From Candidatus Latescibacterota bacterium (lineage in GTDB: Bacteria > Latescibacterota > UBA2968 > UBA8231): a stretch of DNA of 64,000 nucleotides. This document shows, piece by piece, positions 46,401 through 56,400 of the stretch (position 1 is its first letter; every line of letters begins with the position of its first letter). The notes under the pieces are model-generated. The model searched no databases. It was not told where the DNA came from and saw nothing but the letters and a program-made list of their open reading frames with translations. A program made the translations under genes and the position numbers. Location of the stretch: positions 1,248,001 through 1,312,000 of the forward strand of contig OZ244561.1 of NCBI GenBank assembly GCA_965217585.1, given 5' to 3'.

Positions 46401-47770
46401 CTGAGAATTCCCGTGGGCTTGTCGGGCGGTTCGGCCGCCGGCTCCTCCTCCGGCTCCGGGGCCGCTGGCGTGGCGATGTGCAACCAGCGGGAGCGCTCGC
46501 TCACCCCGTACGCGTTGATCGCCTTGATCCGGTAGGTATACGTCGTGCTTGCAGCCACCGTGTCGTCGGTGTACGTCGTCGCCGCCGTGCCCGTATCCGG
46601 CACCAGTTCACTGAACTCGCCCCCTTGATCGTTCACGCGCACGCGCCGCAAGATCACGTAGCCGGTGATGCTGTCGTCGCCAGGGTCGGCCCAGGTGAGC
46701 ACCACCTGGCCGAGCGTCGCCGTGGCGGACAGCCCCGTGGGCTGGGCGGGTACGGGCGCCGCCGGCGTGGCGACGTGGAACCAGAGGGAGCGCTCGCTCA
46801 CCCCGTACGCGTTGATCGCCTTGATCCGGTAGGTGTAGCGATTCTCAGCCGCCACCGTGTTGTCGGTGTAGGTCGTCGCCGCCGAACCCGTGTCCGCTAC
46901 CAGCTCATCGAAGTAGCCCTCCTCGTCGGTATCCCGGTTGCGCCGCAAGATCACGTAGCCGGTGATGCTGGCGTCGTCAGGATCATCCCAAGTCAGGGTT
47001 ATGGCATCGTGGGACGCCGTGGCGGACAGCCCCGTGGGCTGGGCGGGCGGTTCGGCTGCCGGCTCCTCCTCCGACTCCGGGGCCGCCGGGATGTCGACGT
47101 GGAACCAGCGGGAGCGCTCGCTCACCCCGTGCTCGTTGATCGCCTTGATCCGGTAGGTATACGTCGTGCTTGCAGCCACCGTGTCGTCGGTGTACGTCGT
47201 CGCCGCCGTGCCCGTATCCGGCACCAGTTCACTGAACTCGCCCCCTTGATCGTTCACGCGCACGCGTCGCAAGATCACGTAGCCGATGATGCTGTCGTCG
47301 CCAGGGTCGGCCCAGGTGAGCACCACCTGGCCGAGCGTCGCCGTGGCGGACAGCCCCGTGGGCTGGGCGGGTACGGGCGCCGCCGGCGTGGCGACGTGCA
47401 ACCAGCGGGAGCGTTCGCTCACCCCGTACGCGTTGATCGCCTTGATCCGGTAGGTGTAGCGATTCTCAGCCGCCACCGTGTTGTCGGTGTACGTCGTCGC
47501 CGCCGAACCCGTGTCCGCTACCAGCTCATCGAAGTGGCCCTCCTCGTCGGTATCCCGGTTGCGTCGCAAGATCACGTAGCCGGTGATGCTGTCGTCGCCA
47601 GGGTCGGCCCAGGTGAGCACCACCTGGCCGAGCGTCGCCGTGGCGGACAGCCCCGTGGGCTGGGCGGGTGCGGAGTCCTCCTGCGCCTGCACCGGTGAGC
47701 AGAGCAGGGCCAGCACCGCGATGGCGGCGAACAGAACGGGGAATCGTCGTCTATCGGTGCGAGTCATCAT
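43433..47770 (-). CDS. Large secreted FN3 + leucine-rich repeat + PPC-like protein with FlgD-like C-terminal domain
   Basis: Signal peptide from ATG 47770 (SD AAGGAGG); six FN3 domains; 24-aa LRR array; DTDWFAVELEAGRTY; tail PNAPNPFN...RRMLYLE. Confidence 0.92.
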   Translation of the reverse strand: MMTRTDRRRFPVLFAAIAVLALLCSPVQAQEDSAPAQPTGLSATATLGQVVLTWADPGDDSITGYVILRRNRDTDEEGHFDELVADTGSAATTYTDNTVAAENRYTYRIKAINAYGVSERSRWLHVATPAAPVPAQPTGLSATATLGQVVLTWADPGDDSIIGYVILRRVRVNDQGGEFSELVPDTGTAATTYTDDTVAASTTYTYRIKAINEHGVSERSRWFHVDIPAAPESEEEPAAEPPAQPTGLSATASHDAITLTWDDPDDASITGYVILRRNRDTDEEGYFDELVADTGSAATTYTDNTVAAENRYTYRIKAINAYGVSERSLWFHVATPAAPVPAQPTGLSATATLGQVVLTWADPGDDSITGYVILRRVRVNDQGGEFSELVPDTGTAATTYTDDTVAASTTYTYRIKAINAYGVSERSRWLHIATPAAPEPEEEPAAEPPDKPTGILSAAGHDAVLLSWTDPQDDSITGYRILRADVVDGVRGEFAVLSEDTGSAAASYTDDAVEPETSYVYRVLAINPGGASDPSRDVEVSTPAAPQSTFVEADDPDEQGGEDDGSGAPGQGTPGGAGGTDKLVELRDVPPARQGFNASNGNEQVTLTWDAPDADADITRHEYRFKTTGDYPTEWTEIDDSAPGGAHEDWVVVENLTNDVAYTFQLRAANTDGAGTAAEAAPATPKSGFCGRTEQVRNEIMKQPPIKGGTEDCADVTTTQLAGVTGGLNLANEDIRSLQPGDFSGLTALTYLWLGNNALSELPADVFSDLTALEDLYLNSNEFSSLSAGAFSDLTALQDLSLNHNALVSLPIGVFSDLSALTNLSLNHNALSSLPAGVFTGLTSLKRLYLNNNELSSLPADGFTGLEALDWLILYHNKLSELPADAFSGLEALTNLSLNSNALSSLRADVFSGLTALDTLYLSENALSELPAGVFTGLEALTNLRLNNNELSSLRADVFSGLTELQRLYLNVNELTSLPAGVFTGLTALTNLSLRSNKLGELPAGVFSDQTVLELLSLSGNALVSLPADVFSGLEALKDLYLYSNQFSELPAGVFSGLEALELLSLYDNDLTSLPAGVFSGLTALTTLKLGDNPNTGYPLPLSVTLEDVGSDQVRAKVLAGAPFTVDIPVTVANGMLDGGVTALRVAAGSVEGTAVTVTPTLGTTAPVTVDIDLTLITQLSLPEKHDGYIFVVEGADLPANASTSGVVVVNGSAARSDIHKPVAFRDDEGEITGYTFDTDWFAVELEAGRTYRIDMKGQILSSPGLGTLGEPVDPELTLRLPQINAIYDADGESLVNTRSRDESISHHLFRVTFHAHAGGTYYIAASGESFEWGYYELTVKKIKSSSKPAVADGPPGLAPNAPNPFNGNTVILYRLDAPGPVRLVIYNILGQRIRTLVDEVQKAGTYRVRWDVRDAAARSVATGIYFTRLHYPGGVHTRRMLYLE
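44489..45597 (-). repeat. Coding tandem repeat, 72-bp unit (14 full LRRs plus partial first and last units)
   Basis: Consensus LxxLxLxxNxLxxLPAxVFxGLxx counted in the translation. Confidence 0.92.
46430..47670 (-). repeat. Coding tandem duplication of a two-FN3 unit (621-bp period)
   Basis: GTACGGGCGCCGCCGGCGTGGCGACGTG recurs at 46750 and 47371; domains arranged A-B-A'-B' with near DNA identity. Confidence 0.9.
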
Positions 47771-48074
47771 CGTTCCTCCTTGTGGTTGTTCGTGGGTTCG
47801 GGACGCCGGAGCGATAGCGAGAAACCGAGTGCTCAGCCGCTGAGGCCGGCGCAGACTCCGGTCCGTGGATAGTTGGCTCATGATTCTCCTCCGCTTGGAG
47901 GGCAAACGTGTTCGTGCAAAAAGAGAGGACAAACGTCTGTACATAAGGAACAAACGTTCATATCAGGTCGCACAACCCAGGCGACCTCCAGCCCATCGGA
48001 CCTCGACCAAGAACCGAGCAGGCGCGGCCAAACAGACGTTGGCCGCAGTATGGAAAGAGTGGGTCTTAGAGAAT

Positions 48075-48090
48075 GGGGGGGGGGGGGGGG
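48075..48090. repeat. G16 homopolymer upstream of the LRR gene
   Basis: 16 consecutive G seen directly. Confidence 0.9.
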
Positions 48091-48368
48091 TAAATTACTG
48101 TTTTTGAACGACTTATGAAATTATGTCTGTCGTCCAAAGCTCGGGACCGGACGCTACATGGGGCCACCGCACCAGCCGCTGTCTTATCAAATGTCAGGTT
48201 GTGTACCATTTTCTATTTCCGGCCAATATGAATATGCAATTGTCTGCATTAATAATCACATATATAAATCGGCATCCACCCCTACTGGCCGCTGCATCAA
48301 CGGCACAAACGGAAGCAAGCCTACATGCCCCCCGTCGAGCTTCTACTGTCGTGTACTCAGGGCAATGG

Positions 48369-50894
48369 CTAAAAGTTGTAACTGACTTTTGAGTACCAAA
48401 AGGCCCCATTAAAACCAAATGGGGTGTACTCGCTGTACTTTTCACCCACAGAACCTTTGTTCCTATTTTCTTCTGGAAAGGTATTGAGCACATTGCGGGA
48501 GCCAAGCGTGATCCGCATTTTTTCATTCAGTTTGATACTGGTTTCAATATCAAACAACGGCCATACGGCGGGATATGTTTGATCGTTATCTCTGTCCCAC
48601 CAGGAATCGTAATAGCTCATGCGAATCAAGGAATCCCACCTATCGTTAAAAGATTGCGTCAGAGTCGCGTTGGCGCGGCTTTTGGGCAGTGCTTCCTCCA
48701 GTTGCCGCACGCGAGTCTCACTCAATGTCTCCGTGAGTTTGGTTACTTCTGTGTCTGTGAAGTTGTACACAAAGCTGACATCGCCATTGCCCACAGGCGT
48801 GACAAAAACGATGTCAACGCCAAAGGTTCTGGTTTCGAAGTCGTTGATGAAGAACCGAAAGGTCTGGATGTTTCTCGCGCTCGTTATGCCCGAAGCGATC
48901 AATTGGTCGCGCTGGGCATCGGTCAGAGAGTAGTCCGATGAAATACCCAGGCGGTCCTTCAGGTCAATTAGAAACCCATCAACGGTTAAACTGAAGTTGG
49001 CCCTGTCCACAATAAAGCCAGCCGTGAGGTTGTTCGACTTTTCAGGGTTGAGAGGCTTGCCACCCACCAGTTCGGCCGTGGCGTGGGTTGATGGAATGGT
49101 ACCTATGTTGACCAGATCATTCAACGCGGGATCGAATCGAGTTGATACGTTGAAGGAATTCTGTTGACCGGGTGTGGGCGCTCTGAAACAGGTGCTGAAA
49201 CTGCCGCGCAATCTCAGGTCTTCGGTGATGCTGAAGTTGGTAGCTGCTTTGTAGTTGAGAGTCGAACCAAAGTCACTGAAGTTTTCATAGCGCAGCGCGA
49301 GACCGAGCAACCAATTGTCCGACGGGGTTAATTCGGCATCCCCATAAGCCGCATAATTGGACCGACTCCAGTCGCCGGCAGCAATATCGCTAAAGCCGGA
49401 AAATCCATTGGACGCCGCACTAAATCCCTGAGAGGCCAAAGGACCCATTTGATAGGACTCGGGTTGTCCCTGCACAACTTCGTATTTTTCATTTCGGTAT
49501 TCGAGACCCGCGGCCAAGAAGACCTGATCGCTTACCGGAAATGTAAGGTCGAGATTTAAATTGCGGTCTTTTTGGATATAAGTTCCGGGATCAAATTCCG
49601 TGGGGGTATTGCGTCCCAAAGAGGCATTTACCGTGTTCTTGATCACGAAGTCGGCTTCGTGACTCCCGTAATAAGCACTGAGGTCCCATGTCCAGAGCGG
49701 GTCAAAATTTGCGCCTTTAACCCCCACGAGCAGGGACTGATCGGCGGTGGTGCCGCCAAATCGGGGGGTAAAACCGCCGGGAAAGAGTTCGCGGAACGTG
49801 AAATAGTCGTCTCTATTATCTAAAACCTGTTGTAGCGCGTCCGGGTCTGCCACGTTGTCGGTTATGGTGACTACGGGAGGATCGGGCGCATCGGGGTCCA
49901 ATTTGCCCACGAGCAAGGTCTCACCGCCATCGGCGCTGAAGACGCCCCCGCGCGTATTGGGATTTCTGAAGAAGAATCCGCCTTCCACTTCTTTGCTCGC
50001 ATAGTTGGCATAGCCATAGAATTTGGTGTTTTCCGCCAAGTTCCCGCCGTAGTTGGCAAAGAATTTGAGGTCGTTCCTAATGATGGGCGAACCCCAAATT
50101 TGGGCGGGATCGGCCACATCGGTATTGCCGGCGGCAATGAGTGCTTTGGCGTCATCGCGTTGTGCCGATCGATCCGTCTCATCTGCGTTGCCATATTCCA
50201 AGCTGAGGTTGGCCCACGCATTTTCTCTTCCCAGACCGATATTGCCAGCGAAACTGTGCGTAAAACCATCGCCGGCCTGATAGATACCGGGTTTGATTTC
50301 AATTGAGCCGCCTCGGTAGTGGTCTTTGAGTTGGAAACTCATCACGCCGGCAATGGCGTCAGAACCGTATTGTGCAGAGGCCCCATCGCGCAGGACTTCC
50401 ACTTGTTTTAGAGCAATCGCTGGAATGACCGATAGGTCGGCCCCTTGCGCGCCATCTGATACGCCATTGCCATGCCAAACGACGAGCGAGCTGCGATGGC
50501 GGCGTTTGCCGTTGATGAGTACCAGCGTGTGGTCGGGGGCCAAGCCGCGCAGATTGGCAGGACGGACCAGCGTGGAGGCATCACTGATGGGTTGGGTGTT
50601 GATATTGAAGGAAGGCACAACCGTTCGCACCAGATTTTGCAAATCGGATTCGCCTTGTTTGACGATCTCTGCGCTGCTGACCACGTCGACGGGCACGGCC
50701 GATTCGACGACGGAACGCGGTTTTGCTCGGGAACCAATGACCACCAATTCTTCGATGATAATCACTTGGTCAAGGACAGATGTCGTATCCGTGCTTGCGG
50801 AACGCGGCGTTTCCTGCGACGCGGCAGGTCCATACAGAATGAGCATGGCAGCCATGCCGAGGACGAGAGACAAAAAACGAGATTTGTGTTGCAT
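48369..50894 (-). CDS. TonB-dependent outer-membrane receptor
   Basis: Signal peptide; TonB box EELVVIGS; plug motifs LRGLAPDHTLVLINGKR and VEVLRDGASAQYGSDAIAGV; LNPEKS; terminal Phe (VSYNF); lower GC than flanks. Confidence 0.95.
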   Translation of the reverse strand: MQHKSRFLSLVLGMAAMLILYGPAASQETPRSASTDTTSVLDQVIIIEELVVIGSRAKPRSVVESAVPVDVVSSAEIVKQGESDLQNLVRTVVPSFNINTQPISDASTLVRPANLRGLAPDHTLVLINGKRRHRSSLVVWHGNGVSDGAQGADLSVIPAIALKQVEVLRDGASAQYGSDAIAGVMSFQLKDHYRGGSIEIKPGIYQAGDGFTHSFAGNIGLGRENAWANLSLEYGNADETDRSAQRDDAKALIAAGNTDVADPAQIWGSPIIRNDLKFFANYGGNLAENTKFYGYANYASKEVEGGFFFRNPNTRGGVFSADGGETLLVGKLDPDAPDPPVVTITDNVADPDALQQVLDNRDDYFTFRELFPGGFTPRFGGTTADQSLLVGVKGANFDPLWTWDLSAYYGSHEADFVIKNTVNASLGRNTPTEFDPGTYIQKDRNLNLDLTFPVSDQVFLAAGLEYRNEKYEVVQGQPESYQMGPLASQGFSAASNGFSGFSDIAAGDWSRSNYAAYGDAELTPSDNWLLGLALRYENFSDFGSTLNYKAATNFSITEDLRLRGSFSTCFRAPTPGQQNSFNVSTRFDPALNDLVNIGTIPSTHATAELVGGKPLNPEKSNNLTAGFIVDRANFSLTVDGFLIDLKDRLGISSDYSLTDAQRDQLIASGITSARNIQTFRFFINDFETRTFGVDIVFVTPVGNGDVSFVYNFTDTEVTKLTETLSETRVRQLEEALPKSRANATLTQSFNDRWDSLIRMSYYDSWWDRDNDQTYPAVWPLFDIETSIKLNEKMRITLGSRNVLNTFPEENRNKGSVGEKYSEYTPFGFNGAFWYSKVSYNF

Positions 50895-50997
50895 GATACC
50901 CTCCTGTGATAGATCTCAGTTCAGTTATGGACACGATTACACTTCACAGAATATGTAGAAATGAGCCGCAATGCAAGAGATACGTGGTAGAGTAGTC

Positions 50998-52197
50998 TCA
51001 GTCGGGCTCTGCCTCTAAGAATTCGACAAAACAGGTCGCCGTAACCCTGTCGCGTCCAAGAGTCGGGATCTGAGGTCCAGCGACCGAATCCGCGACAGCA
51101 CGCAGGTCAAGACTGGCCGAGGGCCGCAAACGCCAGCGTTTGACCTGTTCGACTAAGCAATCGCCCACGGGGTCGCTGTCCACAGTAGAAGCGAGGAGCT
51201 GGGCACTTTCGACCAGACCACTGGCCAAGATGACAAAGCGGATGGTCGCGCTGCCTGACAGAGCCCGGCCGGCTTGGAATTCGCCGGCAAAGCAGCGATT
51301 GAAGGCGTCGAGTTGGGAGCGGACAAACGCGTCGATGGTCGCGGGCGTGCGCGCCAGATCGTCTGGGGCATAGCCACTCACCTCGCTGGGTGCCTGCAAG
51401 CGCGCCTGCGTAATAGCGCGCAAGGCTGCTGCTCGGGTCTGGTTGGCCAGCGCCAATTGCTCGATCTGGCGGACGAAGCGAAAGTCCATGTCAAAGGTCT
51501 GCAAAGGCTGGTCAAAGGCGTTGAACTTGAGAATAAAATCCCGGAGGTGTAAACGCACCTCCTCGACCTCGTCGACCAGCGGCTCAAAGACGATAAAGCC
51601 ACTGTAGTTTTCGCCTTTGTAGATTTTCTCCCCGACGCCGTAATTGCTGGTGCGCACCTGCCCCATGCGCATGTCAAAGCGATAGTCCTCATTGCCGGTG
51701 ACGCCTTTCCGAGCGCGGTAGTAGGATTCAAAACTATGGGCCGCCGAGCCGGTCGTCGTGCCGTAGGGGGCCAGTTCCTCTCCCCGGCGGTTGGTCGTGA
51801 GCCGACTCTGTAGCGGTTGTAGTTCCACCTTGGGAAAACCCAGATTGTACACTGAGACCGCAAAGACCGTAAAGCGATTGCGCACGTACCCCGTCTGGGG
51901 ATCGACGTAGTCGCCGTACGTATAGGCATTGTACGAATGCGGCCCCTCGGAGGATTCCTGCGGCCACCGAGCGTTTAGCGCGCGGTCGGTCATGTACCGC
52001 ACCTCGACCCGCAACCCCTCCACGCCATAGGCGATGGTCTCGTCCTCTCCAAGAGTATAGCTCGGCCCTAGATCGGAGCGGGGCACCAGCCGGGATACGC
52101 GCTCGTAGCGCGGCGGATAGAGGAGGGTGCAGCCGGCGAGCAGCAAGGCGCTCCACAGCGGCCATTTACCCCCGGGGACAGCGAGCGAAATACGCAT
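50998..52197 (-). CDS. Lipoprotein with C-terminal TonB_C / AgmX-PglI-like domain
   Basis: Lipobox LAGC; C-terminal FNRCF...LSGSATIRFVILASGLVESAQL...VGDCLVEQVKRWR fits the disulfide-containing TonB_C-like fold. Confidence 0.7.
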   Translation of the reverse strand: MRISLAVPGGKWPLWSALLLAGCTLLYPPRYERVSRLVPRSDLGPSYTLGEDETIAYGVEGLRVEVRYMTDRALNARWPQESSEGPHSYNAYTYGDYVDPQTGYVRNRFTVFAVSVYNLGFPKVELQPLQSRLTTNRRGEELAPYGTTTGSAAHSFESYYRARKGVTGNEDYRFDMRMGQVRTSNYGVGEKIYKGENYSGFIVFEPLVDEVEEVRLHLRDFILKFNAFDQPLQTFDMDFRFVRQIEQLALANQTRAAALRAITQARLQAPSEVSGYAPDDLARTPATIDAFVRSQLDAFNRCFAGEFQAGRALSGSATIRFVILASGLVESAQLLASTVDSDPVGDCLVEQVKRWRLRPSASLDLRAVADSVAGPQIPTLGRDRVTATCFVEFLEAEPD

Positions 52198-52201
52198 GTG
52201 C

Positions 52202-53428
52202 TCAGCGCGCCTGATTGTAAAAATCGATTTGCTGCTGGGCGATGGAACCCTTCTGAGTCAGGGCAAAGACCACCATATTGACTCCTATCTTCAGGTGCGG
52301 TTCGTTTTCGCTTTCGCGCTCCCAGAAGGCACCGTAGCCCTTGTCGGAATACACCGCCACCAGTCGGTCACCGAGGAAAATGCCCTCCAAGTAGTACACC
52401 GATCTGCGGAAATTGCCCCCGGACAATTCCTCGCCCCCGGGGGGCGGGCCATCGTCAAAGTCGAAAAATACGTGGTAGAGCGGATGCTCGTTGGGGATGG
52501 GGACAAAGCGGGCGTCGCGGCCTAGGGCCTGCCTAAACATGTCCCGCAGCGAGGCTTCGGCCGGGCCGTACTCTAGCTCGGGCCGGTCGTTGTCGGCCAC
52601 CAAGAAACCACCGTTGCGCAGGTACTTGCCCAGATTGTCAATTTCGTGCTCGGTCAGTTCAAACGCACTGCGGGTGGTGATGTACACAAAGGGGGCCTTG
52701 AACAGATCCTGTGAGTCGATAAACATCTGGTCGATGACCCGAGCCTCAATGCGAGTGTACTGGTTGATCGCCCGCACCAACTGGGAAATCGAGCGCTGGC
52801 GCGAGGGCTGGAGGATGCTGCCCCAGGCCAGTCCCAAGTACACGAAGCCCTGAATGTTGCGCTTGTCGGCCGGATCCTGAATGACCATGCCCCGGTACTT
52901 GCCGGTGTCAATGGCGGCCAGATCGAGGAATTCCGCCTGCATGTCAATGCGCTTTTCCGGCTCTTTCAGACTGGTCATTTCAACGGCTTCGAACTGGGGG
53001 ACGCCCACCACGCCAAGGCCCATGCCTTGAGCCCCAATGGCGGCGATAAAGTCGCGGCCGCCACGGGTGCGGCTCCACCGTCGGCCCGCAGTGGCCTGGT
53101 CCAGCCGAGCGCCCAGACCGCTGCTGAAGCCGCCTACCACCGTGGCCGTCTGATCCCGCGGCACGGATATAATGGGGGTGCCCTCGGGGATGACCTGCTT
53201 TTTAAAGGCGAATTCCCGACTCAACTGGGGGGGAGGAATGAGCAGCGGCGTGTCCAATTCTTGCCATTCGAGGTGGATGACGACCTCTTCCTCGGCCTGT
53301 TCAACAGGTCGGAAGTACAAGGCGACAAAGACCAAATGCAATACTAATGAGACCAGCAGGCCCCAGTAGAGCAGACGCCGGTTGGCCGCAATAACGGCGA
53401 GCGGATCCGCGGGGCGCACAGCTTTCAC
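52202..53428 (-). CDS. DUF4159 domain protein with TonB-like N-terminal membrane anchor
   Basis: GLLVSLVLHLVFV (S-x3-H TM), Pro-containing linker, then PFVYIT...LGKYLRNGGFLVAD...HPLYHVFFD...IGVNMVVFALT. Confidence 0.78.
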   Translation of the reverse strand: MKAVRPADPLAVIAANRRLLYWGLLVSLVLHLVFVALYFRPVEQAEEEVVIHLEWQELDTPLLIPPPQLSREFAFKKQVIPEGTPIISVPRDQTATVVGGFSSGLGARLDQATAGRRWSRTRGGRDFIAAIGAQGMGLGVVGVPQFEAVEMTSLKEPEKRIDMQAEFLDLAAIDTGKYRGMVIQDPADKRNIQGFVYLGLAWGSILQPSRQRSISQLVRAINQYTRIEARVIDQMFIDSQDLFKAPFVYITTRSAFELTEHEIDNLGKYLRNGGFLVADNDRPELEYGPAEASLRDMFRQALGRDARFVPIPNEHPLYHVFFDFDDGPPPGGEELSGGNFRRSVYYLEGIFLGDRLVAVYSDKGYGAFWERESENEPHLKIGVNMVVFALTQKGSIAQQQIDFYNQAR

Positions 53429-56400
53429 AGGTGTTTCCTCGCAATGGTGGCGCGGCGGCGTTCGACAAAGGCGCGGATGTTGGGGGCGAGTAGGCTGCTG
53501 TCTGCCCGGGCCGCGCTCAGAATGGCGTCAAACACATCCACGGCCCGTTGCCATTCCCCTAACTTTTGGTGGCAAACCCCGATATTGGCCCGGGCGGCTA
53601 TACCACTAGAAGTGTGGGGGAATTGACGCCAGACCTGTTCAAAGCGGGGGATTAGGGCGCGAAACGCCTCGGCGTCGCTGAGTTCGGACGCGGCTTTGAG
53701 GCTGTCGGTCAGCGCGGCGTAATCTCCGTAGGCTACGGCCTCGCGCAGCTCGGGCAACATGGCGGCAGCCCGGGCGGCGGCCGGGGTATCAGGGTATTGT
53801 TCTTCGACTTGGCGAAAGATGTCGTACGCCGCTTGGTGGTCGCCTTGATTGTACAACAGCTCGCCGAGGGTATAGCGGGCCATGGACGCATAGCGGCCTT
53901 CGGGAAAGTTTTTGCGGTACGCCGCAAAGGCCCGTTGCACTTCTTTGTTTCTCTGGTCCGCGTCCCCGGGGAGGGAATTCATCAGACACCAGCCAATGTT
54001 GTAGAGGGCCTCCTCGGCCAAGGGGCTGCGGGGATAGCGGTCAATGAGCTGCTGGTACTGGTCCTGAGCCTGATCGTACTGCTGCAGATTATAGCGGCAC
54101 TCGGCTAGGCGAAAGAGAGCGTCCGGGGCAATGTTGCGGTCCGGGGCCTGGGCCACGACGATTTCAAAGGCAGCCACGGCCTGGGCAAAAAGAGTCTGGT
54201 TAAAGTAGGCGTATCCCAAGTAGTAGTGGGCTTCCGCGGTGCTGGAGTGTTCCGGGTAGCGGGTGATCGAGTCCTGTAAGCGGCCGACCGCTTCCGCGTA
54301 GCGGTCCAGTTGCAGGGCGGCCAGCCCGCCCAAGAAGAGGAAATCGGGCGCGTACAATCCGCTCGGGTACGCCGCCAGACCCAGGGTCGCCGCGTCGGCC
54401 ACGGCTTGGTAATCTTCCAGGCGCAAGGCGGCATCGGCCATGAGCCAGTGCCCTCTTTCGCGCAGATAGTAGCTGCGCTCTAAGGGCCGTTCTTCTTCGG
54501 CAAAGTCGAGGGCGAGCAGCTCCCGGCAGGTGGCAATAACTTGGCCATAGCGCTCTTGGCGGTAGGCGATTTCGGCCAGGGCCAGCAAGTACTCGCCGCG
54601 TTGACGCGGGGCGGAAACCGTCTGCAGTAAACGCTGGTATAGCTGTAATCCTCGGTCGATGTGTCCACCGGCAATATAGGCCGCAGCCAACAAGCGGGAA
54701 GCGGCGGCTCCGGCGGCGCGCTCGAGATCGGCAATGGCCTCGGCGTGCTGGCCGAGTCTGAAATAGGCCATGCCCCGGCCGTAAAAGGCTTGGTGGGCAA
54801 AGGACGAATCCGCGGCGGCCAGGGCTTGGTCAAAGTAGGGCAGGGCCGCCTCTAGGTCGCCAGCGCGGGACAGGGCCGTGGCGATGAGGTAATTGAATAG
54901 CGTTTGCGAGGCCCTATCGGTCTCGGTTTGAGCACCCTCCCGCAGAACTGCCAGCGCCCTTTGGGCGCGGCCCTGCTGCAGCAGCAGGCGGCCGGCTTCG
55001 AGTCGGGAGCGCGGGTACATTTCCGCCTCGGCGCGGACCTGGAGAAAGGAGGCGCCCGCATCCTCCCAAGCGCCGGCATCGCGCTGGGCTATGGCCGCTT
55101 CAAAACGGGCGATATCCGCTTCGGATTTGTCGCCCAGCTCTTCGTCTAAGCGCTGGTAGATCTGGATCGCATCCGCGTACTCGCCGCGGCCGTGGAGGAT
55201 GCGGGCGCGCTGGAAAAGGGCGCTGTGCCGGTATCCGCCGGCCTGCGGCGAGGCCGCTAACGCCTCGAAAATATCAAGCGCCTGAGCGGTGGTAGCCGCC
55301 TCGTCCTGGCGTTGCAGGGCTAGCCCCAAATTGAAGCGCAGGTCCATTTCGTAGGTCGAGCTAGGGAAGGCTTCCAAGGTGCGGCGCAATTCAGCTTCGG
55401 CGCGGCGGAAAAGATCGGTGCGCTCCTCGGGCGCGACCTCTGCTGCCTCGGCGCGGCCAAACCAAGCCCGGGCAATTTGCAGTCCCACTCCTTCGAGGGG
55501 CAGGCCAGCCTGGGCCGCAAAGGCGGCATAGTCGTCGCGGTACGCGCTGTATTCGCTCACCGCCTCTAGGTAGTTGCCGGTTTCAAAGTAGCGGTTGGCC
55601 AGCAGCAATTGCAGCCGCGCCCGGCCAAAGTCGTCCTGTTGCGCTTCTAGGGCGCGCTGGTACACCGCGATACTGGCGGCGACATCGCCGCGCTGGTAGT
55701 GCAACTGCGCCTGGCGCAAATAGGCTTCTTCGGATAGGCGGCGCTCGTCGGCAAAGCGCGCGGCCACCAAGGCATAGGCCTCCACGGCCAGCGCGTACTC
55801 TCCGGTGTGCTCGCGGCACTCGCCAATGCGCAGTAGGGCTTTGGCGGCGATCTCCAATTCAGTCTCGTCGACTAGACCGGCGAGTTTGTTGCGCTGCATG
55901 CGCAGGATCTCGCGCTCGGACATGCGGTCGAGGCGCTGCGAGTCGACCAGCCGCTGGTAGCTGGGGATGGCTTCGGCAAAGCGCCCCAGCGCAAAGTAGC
56001 ATTCGCCAATTTGAAACAGCGCTCGGCTGGTGCGATACCCCGAGGGGAAACGCCCGACCAAATCCTGAAAAACCGCAATGCTTTGGGCGTACTCGCGCAG
56101 TTGATAGTGCGACCAGCCAATATCGTACAGCGCATGAGCCACGTAAGGACTAGTGGGATAGCTGGCGACTAGTTGCCGCGCTTCGTCGATGGTGCGGCGA
56201 AAATCTCCCATGCGGTACGCGCAGGCCACGGCCCGGCTGCGGGAGAGGGCCCGGAGCGCCGGGGTAGCGGAGAGGGTCTCGGTGGCGACAAACGCCTCCA
56301 CGGCTTGTGTCAATAAGTCGTCGGCCCGGCCCTGGTGCTGGGCGCGCGCTTCGTCGCTGCGGGCCTGCGTCGCCCTTTTGAGTTCTTCTTCGCCCATTTT

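Noticed and set aside
44489-47670. Regularly spaced repeats as a CRISPR array
   Set aside because: Units are in-frame coding repeats (72 bp and 621 bp) with no unique spacers and no cas genes.
39065-47698. Long plus-strand ORFs 39065..41650 and 44213..47698
   Set aside because: Antisense shadows of GC-rich minus-strand genes; Arg/Ala/Gly-rich with no recognisable motifs.
48120-48370. Short ORFs or an ncRNA between the receptor and the G tract
   Set aside because: No SD, coding bias or recognisable RNA structure seen.
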